A stretch of 64,000 bases of DNA, from the NCBI GenBank assembly GCA_030264375.1, contig JASCQW010000081.1, forward strand, positions 58,763,856-58,827,855. The letters are read 5' to 3'. Every line of letters starts with the position of its first letter. Position 1 is the first letter of the stretch. Shown here one piece after another: positions 47,801-59,800 of this stretch. Made by a program: the position numbers and the translations under genes. The notes below the pieces were generated by a model. The model was given only the letters and a program-made list of their open reading frames with translations, was not told the DNA's origin and searched no databases. The stretch is from Carcharhinus longimanus. Its lineage: Eukaryota.

Positions 47801-50800
47801 GCTAATTTGGCCCATTATGCTTGTGTTGGCCCTTTCAAAGAGCTCATCAATGACCCCCACTCAACACTTCCTTCGTAGTCCAGCAAATGTTTCTTTTTCT
47901 GAAACATATTCAATTGCTTCTGCTACCCTTTCTGGCAGTGCATGGCAGATTATAATAATGCTGCTGAAATAAACTTCTAATTTTCCCTGGACCTTCTGTC
48001 AATTATCTTAAATCTGTATCCCTCGGGTTCCTGACTTTCCTGCCAGTGTTAAATCTTCCCATCACCTCCTTTGGTTCAAGGAGAAGTTTCCCTAACCTCT
48101 TCTTTGGTTAATTGTTTGTGTGAGTGAGCGTCTAATGTTGGTGTTCTTGGTGGTGCCCACAATTTGTTTTGTGCAGTCTGATGAGCACATAAAATTCTCA
48201 GCAAATTTGCTGGTTGAATGGAACAAGAAAAGCTGTTTCAATCAAAGTTTATTATTGACAGTCAATGTGAAAAGCTGTCTGTAATATTGTTACACCATCT
48301 CTGAATTCTCATTCATCTCATTACTTTACATTCATCTGTACACTCCCTCTCAAAAACTATTAAGTTAGACAAGGATTCTATAATCATCATTAAACTTAAA
48401 TTTATTTTGTGCTGTGTTATTGGAGCATGTAAACAGGTAATTGTTGCTTTTCAGGCCAAGGGATAATTGAAGTAGAGCAATCTCTAAACAATACCACAGC
48501 TGTAATATGTACATTGTAATGAATTTTTACATCTCATTCGGTAACACAACTTTAAACAGATGGCAATTTTTCCAACAAGTTGTTAATATTTTATTGCACA
48601 GTAATATTAGATTCTGTGGCATCCCATCACCCTTCATAGGCAGGTTGATAAAAATGATTTTGGNNNNNNNNNNNNNNNNNNNNNNNNNNNNNNNNNNNNN
48701 NNNNNNNNNNNNNNNNNNNNNNNNNNNNNNNNNNNNNNNNNNNNNNNNNNNNNNNNNNNNNNNTTGGCTGAGATGGAACAGTTATTGAAGTGAACAAGAT
48801 AATGGGTATTAATTAGAGGGATAAAGTCTCGGAGGGGAGTTTCGACTGCAAACAATCCCCTATCCATCCACTCTGCTTTTAATACATGCAAATGACCTGG
48901 CAGAAATATGGCACATTAAATTCAATACAAATAAGTGCTTGGTGGTACTTACTGGAAGAGAAAAATGCCAAACAGCATCGTGACTAGTGGCACACTTAGC
49001 ATGCTGAACCTTGCACATCCCCAATTTTAATTGCTCTACTGTTGTCTGTCATGCTTTTAGCTACCTTGCTATAAGGTCTGGAATAATTTCCAAACTTTCT
49101 CTCACCGTTTCTCGCTCCCCATCTTTTGTCAACCACTGCCCTATTTTTCCTTATGTGGCTTGGTATCAAATATTATTTCATATTTCTGCTATGATGCACC
49201 TTGGGAAGCTTTACTAAGTTGAAAGCGCTGTACAACTGTAAACCAATGTAACAGTATTTGACCCCAAATGCAGTTTCTCATCTTTTGGTGAGCCTATTTC
49301 TTGACAGTTGAGCAGATGTTCAGATTTTTGCATCTCTCCATTAAGCCAGCTACCCGCCAACCCTATGCTCAGAGCATGGTCATCTTGCCGACCTGAACCA
49401 AATAAAGGAATGGCTGAAATAAATCTGAGTGATGTTGAAGTCAATGCCTACCATATACAGAGCAGCAATTAATAAAGCAAATGGGACGCTACTGTTTTTG
49501 GGTAAATCTCGGGTATTCTGGTGAGCATCCACCATGTGTAATAAGCTTATTCTAGTGAAGATAAAGTCTTAAGTTCAGGGAAAGGTGATTAAGTATGAAC
49601 TGGTAAAAGGCAAGTTAAGACTAATGACAGGATGGGCTTCTCAGTAAGTACAATCCAATGGTGGAAGTGTCTTTTGCTTAGGATAGCAAGGATAAAAATT
49701 CTGAACATGCTCAAAAGATAGGCCCAGTTACTGGGAAATCCTATGTTGCTGAGGAAGGTTAATCTACCTCCATTGAATGCCATGCTTCCACACCTTTTCC
49801 CAATCTGTATGTATCCTTATTATCTTTGTGAAATAAGTCACAAATAAAAATGCCTTCTTTTGGGTTCCATAAAGCTCCAGTAAACTGTACTACAGAACTG
49901 TAGATGTGAATTTCCAATGCTTTGAGTTTCTGGTCTCTCTGTTCCATAATAGATGCTCAGCGCAGCAAGCACATATATCTTTTCATTGGGGTCAAAGAAT
50001 AGGCAAAAGTCTAATCATGCTGTGTTAGCATTGCATATGTTCTAGTTGTTGGCTGTAGAGCAGCATTTTGGAGGGGATTGGCAACATGTTTCTAATTAGT
50101 CTTTGTGCATGACACCCCAGCTTGAAGGATCAGAAGACTGTAGAGAGGGGAACAAAAGATTTTTGACAATGGTATTAAGGATGAGGAATCGCAGTTTTGT
50201 GCATAAATTGGAGAAGCTGAGGCTGTTGTTCTTAGAGAAGAGAAAGTTAAATGGAGATTTGATCGTGCTGCTCAAAATCATGAGTGGAGTAGATGAAGAG
50301 AAACTGTTCCTAAGACAAAGGCAAATCACTGTGGATGCTGGAATCTGAAACAAAAACAGAAAACAGTGGAAAATCTAAACAGGTCTAACAGCACCTGTGG
50401 AGAGAGAATCAAACCAATGTTTCCAGTCAAGATGACTCTTTGTCAGAGCTCTGACGAGAGTCATCCTGACTCAAAATGTTGTAAAGTTTATTTATTAGTC
50501 ACCAGTAGGCTTACATTCACACTGCAATAAAGTTACTGTGCAAATCCCCTAGTCACCACAATCTGGCACCTGTTCAGGTACACTGATGGAGAATTTAGTG
50601 TGGCCAATCCACCTAACCCGCACATCTTTGGACTGTGGGTTGAAACTGGCGTACCTGGAGGAAACCCACGCAGACGCAGGGGGAATTTGCAAACTCCACA
50701 CAGACAATGACCCAAGCTGGGAATTGAACCCGGGTCCCTGGCGCCATGAGACAGCTGTGCTAACCACTGTGCCATCTTGCCACCCAATTGACTTAATACT

Positions 50801-53800
50801 CCACAGATGCTGTCAGACTTGCTGAGATTTTTGAGAGACTATTCCTGTTGGCACAAGGGTCAAGAACCAAAGGACACCAATTAAGGTGAATGGCAAAAGG
50901 AGCAGGGGCAATATGTGGAAAAATCTTTTTACATAGTGTGTGGTATGCAGCTGGAATCCACTGTCTGTAACTATGGTGGAGGCAGATCCAAAGGTGGCTT
51001 TCAAAAGGAAACTGGATAAGCACCTGCAGCGAAAAGAAATAGTAGTGTTGTAGAACATAGAACATGACAGCGTAGTTCAGGCCCTTTGGCCCTCAATGTT
51101 GCACCAACCAATGGGAAAAGGGTAAGTGAGTAGGATCAGTTGAGTTACTCTTGCAGAGAGCTAGCATGGGCAGGACCGTTGAATGGCTTCCTTCTGTGCT
51201 ACAGCCATTTTATGATTCTAAAATCCCAAATAAGAAATCTTTTGAGTGAAGTAATTTGCAACTCCTCATCTGCTGATCCCTTCGACTTATCTAACTTGTC
51301 ATGCAAGTAAGTGTAAAAATATAATCCACCGGACAGTGAAATTCATCTATAAATGAATGTTCTTTACTTACACAGTCTCTGGCTACAATAATTTTGGGGA
51401 TGATGGCCTGTCTAATTAAAATGAGTCAGACCTTGTGTATTAATAGTAGCTTACATGGAGATGTAGTTTGAGTGCATTAAATAATCATTCATAAACTCCA
51501 ATGATCAAAGGTTTCACTTTTAAAATATCCATGCTAGATAGAACCTTTTACCAATTATGTGTATATAATTCACAGCATAATGTCATTAACATGAGCTTGA
51601 TGATGATATTTGGTTATTTATGAACCCTTCTGAATATAAATATGGTGATTTTAAAAATACCTATTTTATGTTATTAAGTTGTATTCCCCTTTGATAAACT
51701 TGAAGTATATGTACGACTGAAAAGACTTTTGCACAGAAACATTTTAGTTTATTGCACAGTGAAAAATTGATCCCAAATCAATTCATTCCAGATCAATCAA
51801 CTCCACTTTAGATTGTAATTTCTTGCCACTAGCCAATTAAATCCCTTTTGCCCCCTTATTCTCATGACATTATAATTTCTTAACGAGATCACTATGTGCC
51901 TCGGGGTACATTGCTACAAAGCATTTTAAAGATAACTTAATTACGTGGTATGTACTTATCCTTGGATATGAGAATTTTGTCAGTTTAATTTTTGATAAAT
52001 CAAGTGTTAATAAATGTAATCTGACATAGCTTTGAAAAAAAATTACTATTATTTATCACAGCATAGTCATTATTTATCCTCTCCTGTTTAGGTACGTTTG
52101 GTTCACATATCCTGACGTTCTCTGGCAGAACTGACACCAAATATGCCAAGCTCCTGAAGCAGTTCCCTCAGTTGCACTCGGTGACCATTTGTGCTCAAGT
52201 CCAGTTTGATTCAACTTGCATGGGAGTTTCCACTGTCTTTTCCTATTCAATCTCATCATTTATCAATGAATTCCAGCTCCGTGCGAATATTGTCCGTGGT
52301 CAGCAAATTCAGCTCGCGCTTCTTGTTCATGGTGTTCATAGTCCTTATTCACAGGCTGCAGAGAATAATGGCAAGTGGCATCATCTATGTGTGAGCTGGA
52401 CCCACCGTAGTGGTGGCTGGGCTATTGCAGTAGATGGATCTGTTATTTCATCTGGAGAGCAACTTTACATTTCGGAGGACATTGGAGCAGGTGGAGTCTT
52501 CATCGTTGGCCAAGAGCAAGACACGTTTGGTGGCTCATTTAGGAAGGATGAGTCTTTTGTGGGGAATATTACACAGCTCCACATTTGGGACCGTGTTTTG
52601 AATGCCAGTGAGATTCAAGCTTTAGCAGAAGATTGTTTTATTATTCCGCTGGGATTATTTTTTCAGTGGAACATTTCTATCTTTGAAATTGAATCAACGG
52701 TGCAGGTACACAAAGGATTTTCACAGTGTAAAGGTAATTTGTCAAAGAAGTGTTTCTTTTTAGTTTGAGCAACTGCATTTCTTAAAAAATAGTGTTATGA
52801 GGGAAGCTGTTTGGTGGACTAACATATTGAGTATTCAGAGTGATGTGATATAGGTTTTTGATTTGATTTGCAATAATCAGGGCTGATGAAGATGATGTGA
52901 TTTTCAAAACACCTAAAGTGAGAGAGAAAGGATTCTAAAAAATTCAGTTTTTGCCTTTAAGATCAAAGTGAAGTTGTCAGTGCATGAAACTGTGCTAGCA
53001 AAAGTCTTTGAGCCAAACAATCCTTTTCCATACTTGTGTCATTCAATCTTGTGGTACGTGTCTGTCACGTATCTTGGAGGATTCAGTAGAGCTGGAATAA
53101 TGGAGAGGGCTGCTCCCCAGTGGTAGAAAGAAGCAAAGTCAGGAAGAAAACTTCTGTGCAGGTACTTTGAAAACAGATGCTTTTAACTATCAGTGTTTTT
53201 ATTGAGAAGGAAGATTGTGCGTAGGAGTGTAAGAGTATGGTTTATGAGAAGAAATCGTTGCATGGGGAGATAATGTTGCAACACTATATCTGTAAAATGT
53301 AAGACGCCCCAGAGCCGGTCCATAAGGTACGAGTTAGGAGGACAATAGAATATTTTCCATTTGCCCGGATGAGTGAGTACAACTCCAAAAACACTCGCAA
53401 TTCGATACCATCCAAGACAAAGCAGCCTGCTTGATTGGCAACCTGTTCAACCTAACCAACATTTACTCCCTTCCCCAGAAGTGCACAGTGGCAGAAGTGT
53501 GTACTATCTATAATATGCACTGCCAAAACTCCTTTGGCCCCTACCAAACCTGCAATCTCTATCACCTAGAAGGACAAGGGCAACAGATCTGTGGAAACAC
53601 CACCAACTCTAGGTTTCCCTGCAAGGTACATACATGCCATCCTGGTCTGGAACTATACTGTTCCTATTACTGCTACTCCCTAACAGCACTGGTGTATCTG
53701 CACCTCAGGGTAGTGGTTCAAGAAGGCAGCTCACTATCAGCTGCTTGAGGGCAATTAGGATAATACCCACATCTCATGAAGAAATAACTAAAAAATTCTT

Positions 53801-56800
53801 GGTTGTTTATCTTTCTTATACAAATGCAGAAAAATGATTGCAGCCAAACATGAGGGAGGAATTCTGAGACCTTATAACACAATAGAATGCATTGTGAAAA
53901 ATCTTTCCAACAGGGACAGTTTGCTGGTATTATAGTTTTTTTTTTACTGTTGTTTAGTTCCTCGCAAGTGATTGCAGGTCCACCTCTGACAGTAGTAGAG
54001 CCCTGACACTGATGTAAATGCAACATTTCTCCTTTTTAAATACTTTTCATTCAAAATATAATTGAGTAGTTTTTTAACATACACAATAGTAAGAAGTCTC
54101 TCAACACAAGGTTAAAAGTCCCACAGGTTTATTTGGTGGCACAAGCTTTCGGAATGCTCCAAAAGCACGTGGTATCAAATAAACCTGTTGGACTTTAACC
54201 TGGTGTTGTGAGACTTCTTACTGAGTCTGCCCCAGTCCAACGCTGGCATTTCCACGTCATATACAATAGCTTTTAAAACGATATTAATTCTCAGTTTGGG
54301 GACACAACTGAAAGACTGACACTTACTGTACATCTCTACTTGCCCTGAGAAAGTAGTGATAAATTTTCTTCAACTCAATGGCTTACAAGGTAATTTCAGA
54401 GGATATTTAAGAATCAGCTACATTAGCATGGGACTGGAGACACCAGACTGGTTAAGGATGGTAGATTTCCTTCTCAAGAATCTGACCAGGATTCTCCCAA
54501 AATAATTTAAAGATCCCAATGTGAAGGAAAGTAGGAATAAGTCCCGCTAGGTTTATTAACGTGATTTACAGAATGAATCTCTGACACTCTGTGCACTGCA
54601 GAGTGACTCAGTGTGATTCTGGAAATCTGAGGATGGGGCCTATTCCCACCCGAGAGGCTGGCAGCATTGCACTGAATGGGCTACTGCGCACGTGTCAGAT
54701 AGATCTGTGCATGTGCAGTGCCTCCTCCTCCATTGTTCCTTGGGCAGTGCCATGGTGTCAGGCTGGCATTGCCCAAGGGGCACCCCCTCTTACCCATGAC
54801 CTTAGAGTGGCCACAATGACCTCACTTCCCTCCAGTGCAGTTGGCCTGCCTGTTCACCATTAGTGGGGAACAGGAATAAATCCTGCTGGAGGAAACCACT
54901 CGTAGCAGCAGTGGGAGTGGGGGAATGCGAGCAGCCTGAAGAATTCAGTCCTGGGCCTGCTGATGAAACGTAAATATGAATTTCAATATTGAAATCAGCT
55001 CCACGCAGATTACCAGCATGGAGCTGATTATGCTGGAATTATTGAGCATGGACACTCTGGACCCGAATTTACCATTTTGATTCTAAGTACTGGGTGGACT
55101 TGAATCTGGGAGTGTATCGGATCCGAAATTTAGACCTGTTCTCCGGCACCCCATATGCGCTGTACCTGAAAAAACAATCTGACTCTGTGCTGCACAAGCC
55201 TGTTGGTGGGGCTCATTGAGCCCAAAACACTGCTGCTCTGATCAGACCCTTCAACTGTGCATTCACGGTTTAAAAAAAATAGAAAAATGCTCCCTTGCCA
55301 CATCGCTCCTGGGCCAGATAATGCCTCCCCCGGTCCCCATAGACATTGCCTCACCCCCTAACATTACTGTCCCCCTTANNNNNNNNNNNNNNNNNNNNNN
55401 NNNNNNNNNNNNNNNNNNNNNNNNNNNNNNNNNNNNNNNNNNNNNNNNNNNNNNNNNNNNNNNNNNNNNNNNNNNNNNNNNNNNNNNNNNNNNNNNNNNN
55501 NNNNNNNNNNNNNNNNNNNNNNNNNNNNNNNNNNNNNNNNNNNNNNNNNNNNNNNNNNNNNNNNNNNNNNNNNNNNNNNNNNNNNNNNNNNNNNNNNNNN
55601 NNNNNNNNNNNNNNNNNNNNNNNNNNNNNNNNNNNNNNNNNNNNNNNNNNNNNNNNNNNNNNNNNNNNNNNNNNNNNNNNNNNNNNNNNNNNNNNNNNNN
55701 NNNNNNNNNNNNNNNNNNNNNNNNNGTCCTCCTCCCGCCTCCCGCCCTCCGCCTCCCCATCAGAGAGCGAACTGCCCCTCCTTCCACCGCCCCCCTTTCA
55801 ACCCGCCAGAGAGCCATCTGACCTGCCTCCCCCTTCCCCACCAATACCACCACTAATCTGAGTCAGAGATCCACCGGAAGCCCTGAACTTAATTCCTCAG
55901 AAGCTGGAGCACCCGAATCGGACATTTGTGGACCATGCCTGTTTTGTGCCAAATCTGGACGGGTGAATGTGGTGGTAAAGGCGAAAGTGCTGGTAAGGCT
56001 GGGTGTCCAGCCCATTAATTCAACTTAAATGCATTTAAATTGCTGTAGTGCCCGTTTCGGGCGCGGTTCTGATTGCTGCCATTTTCAGCCATTGATAAAG
56101 GGGGAACACCCGCGGAGGCGGTCATGGATCGCGCAACTTGTCTCATGCCCGACTTTACCAAGTTTTTGTATCCTTAAACAGGTGCAACTTGATGGTAAAA
56201 TCGGGCCCTCTGAGTATGTGACAACCAGCGGGAAACCCCTGCTAATGTCTCCCTGTTTACATTCATGACAATCTGACAGATACATATTAACTTCTACTGG
56301 CGCCAAATTCTTATTTCCAGGCCTTTTTTGAAAATTGAACTCAAGTTCCCAAAGTACCATCTCACCGGTCTCTGGATTATTCACCTGGATTGCCGGATTT
56401 TCAGTCCTGTATCGTAATCATTTTGCTGCTAGATAGAAACAAGAGTTTGCAATTGTGCAGCTCTGTAGACAACATCAAGGCATTCGGTGAAGTGTTTTAT
56501 AATCAGTTAATTATTTTCTAGAAGTGCAGTCATTGTTNNNNNNNNNNNNNNNNNNNNNNNNNNNNNNNNNNNNNNNNNNNNNNNNNNNNNNNNNNNNNNN
56601 NNNNNNNNNNNNNNNNNNNNNNNNNNNNNNNNNNNNNCTCCACTGTTCCTCAGCCGTCCTACCAACCAATCTGCGCCCCCAATCTACATTTGCCAATTCC
56701 TCTCTCATCCTATCATACTCCCCTCTGTTCAAACAGAGGATACAGGTTCGGGACCCTACTTTCTCATCCTCCATCTGCATCAAAAACTCAACCATACTAT

Positions 56801-59800
56801 GATCGAGTTTCAGAAATGCAAGTGAATGATTTGAAGCAATGTTAGTCCAGATCATCCACACTATTTTGGCAGTGAAAAGTGGATTTGTATTTCATTTATT
56901 TATTATGATTTTATTCAGAATATGGATGCTGAAAGATTGATTTAATTAAGTTGGTATAAGCATGATGGGCCAAATGGTTTAATGACAGTAACTCGTGCTA
57001 CTTTGACTTGTAGTTAATGAAATTTATTTGTTTTTTTCATTCCATTGGAGGTGATGGATTCCAAACAACAGAACCACTTGACATTGTGTGGGTTGATGGA
57101 ACTAAACCCCTTTTCCAAAACATCTCATCAGATGTCAGACATCCAATTAATGAAGGACCATGTGTAGCATTTGACCCATTAACTGGAACATGGACAACTG
57201 AATTATGCTCAAAGCAGAAAGAAGCACTCTGTAGATATAGCAAAGGTGAATATACATTTATTATTACTTTCCTTTAATGCATCCTCCCCGCACAGAAAAG
57301 GTTTGTTATTTTGACAAATTAAATATGCTTATTTGTTTCTTTCTCTTGTAATCTTGATTATTAATTGCTGGTTGAGTACTTAGACACAATATTGCATAGA
57401 TTATTTGGAGCAAGTCATGTTGTCAATAGGAAGAATTTTTTCAAAACTAAAAGCAGATGTGAAACAAATACAAAACAGCTTCATATTTACTGTTTATGAA
57501 TAGTAGTAAAGCACAGAATATTGACCACTAATGGCGATGCCCTTTTGTTTCCCCAACTGTGTGCTGGTACTGTTCCCTTTTCCTCTCCAATTAATTGTTA
57601 TTCTTCCTGGTATTGCCCTGAGCTTTCCCTTTTCCGACTTCTTGTCTAGCCAGAACTTCACTCATTCAGTGCCTGTCGCTGCTGTCGCAAATGCTGAAAT
57701 TACAGCAGGTGGATTCAATGATTGCATGTGAAACATGGGTCAGAGGCCAGGTGGAATGATGGTGAGTTCTGGTGTGGCAGGAAGCCAGTCTGAGTATAGA
57801 GATCGAGGGCTTATGTTGAAATAAGCTTTCCTGCTGTATTCAAGAGAAACACCTGAGTCATTATTGACCTCATTTGAGGAGCTGGTGGAATGCTGTAATT
57901 GGCCTGAGATCCCTGGATTAGGATATGAAAATTGTCCAGGGTATCTGTTCCTCACTGTTGTCCAGTATATCTTGCTGCACGTATGCAAAATTAGACATTG
58001 GTTGGGGGCAGGGTTGCGCTGGGCTGAAATTCTCCCCTGTCGACAAATTGTATGTTGATATTCACTATCAAATCCACTTTTGAAGAATGATCACCTGGTC
58101 AAACTATTCTAGAGGGCTACTGGTGCCAGAACCCATAACCCAGCTAGGGAGAGGGAGAAAATAACAAAATCTGCAGTAGCTGAATTGGTACTTCACTGTA
58201 AAAATGAAGTTGTCGTCATTCTGGATGGTCGTAGGCTGCTCTGCCCTTTGAGGGAGAAAGGTGACTGTTGGTGATTTAACCTAAGGATCACCACACCCTG
58301 GGTGTGGCGCAAGGTTGAGAAGGCGGGTCTTCATGAATAACTTCAGCCGGTACGGGAATTTAAGTCGTGTTGTTGGCGTCGCTCTGTATATCACTAACAG
58401 CTGTCCTGCCACCTGAGCTAACCAATGCCAGGTATTCCAGCATTATAACATGCTGTCTAATATTTCTGAAGTTTCAAGAGCTCCTTCTTTGACGTTGACC
58501 TGAAAGGTGAGAAAATTGCTTCATTCATAGATTGAGTATTTCAAATTGTTTTACGCTAATGACTAGATTACATAGTTTTTATTGATAATGGTTTTGAAAG
58601 CATTGACGCAGTTAACAGTAGAAGCATTGTTGCGTCATTGTCAGCTTTTAGCCAATGTCCTTTTGCCCATGTGCTCTGGTTTGTTGATTATAGTAAAAAG
58701 TCTGACAACTGTTGATTATACTCAGATGGGGCATGTTTGTTGAAGCAGGTGAGGAAGAACGTCAAATGGCGCTACATAAATTGAACTCTGTTCCCATTCA
58801 AGACCAGTAAATTTTCCAGGATGAAGTTTTAGACGAAACTTTTATCTTTCTTTTGTCTTGAATAGACCATTTGGTTTGGATGGAGATCGTGTTACACCAC
58901 AAAACATTTTATAGGTAACAGCCAGTTTTTTGTGACATTGCACGTGGGGAATGACCAAGTACTATCTTTAAGTGAACTGGGGTTCGAGGGCAGGGAATAA
59001 GAAAACTTAAATTTGGAAAATGGAAATTTTAAAATGATTGGACTTTAGGAATTTCTCAGCAGGGTAGTTGCAGAACTAAACTGAATTAAACTGCAATAGG
59101 GCCAGTGATGAAAGTTTTTATGTAGGAAGTTTACGTATAAGTGTCGATGTAAAATTTTATATTGGAGGGGAGGAGAAAAAGCACAAAAGTATGACAAGAA
59201 AGGAAATGAACTTTTGTGGACAAGAAATGAATGCAGTCATGAATTCCTTTTAACATATCATATACATATTCAAATTGCTGCTGGCGCATTGAATGAAAAT
59301 TACATTCACAATGCCAAAGTTTCTGTATTCAGAGAAGAATATAATTGTAAGTTTCAGCCAACTACTTGATGTCAAAAGCATCATGAACTGGACAGTTTTG
59401 TCCACTTGCTATTATTCTGAAACTAGAGTTGGGTGACACATGACTCTCTCTTTAGAAGTAATTCAGAAACACTCAAGGAAACCTGTGAATACTGAGATGG
59501 ATCTATTTGATTTAATGTTAATTGCCATTCAATCACCATGATTTGTAAAATATTCTAGTATTTCTATTCCCTTTCAGATACATATGAACAAATGCAAGAA
59601 ATTTCTTCTCTACCACCCTCTCCATTTTTCCTGCATGTTAAGGAGAAATCTGTTGGTGTTTCAGTGAGTAATTAGTTGCTGTCATAAGTGTTTATTTCAC
59701 AATGTGGATTTGTGTAGAACAAAGTTGCATGCATCAAAACAGGTTGCTTTAAATAAGTGAATCTTTAGAGATCCAAATGTACATATTTTAACATTAATTC

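Noticed and set aside
50700-50785. tRNA gene (A and B boxes on the minus strand)
   Set aside because: Continues directly into a V-SINE core and tail, so it is a SINE head.
52172-52768. Stand-alone pentraxin (CRP/SAP-like) gene
   Set aside because: No signal peptide or true ATG start; bounded by phase-1 splice sites and followed by GAIN-type exons.
55216-55861. Long Pro/Gly-rich ORFs
   Set aside because: Mostly N gap inside a GC-rich transposon.
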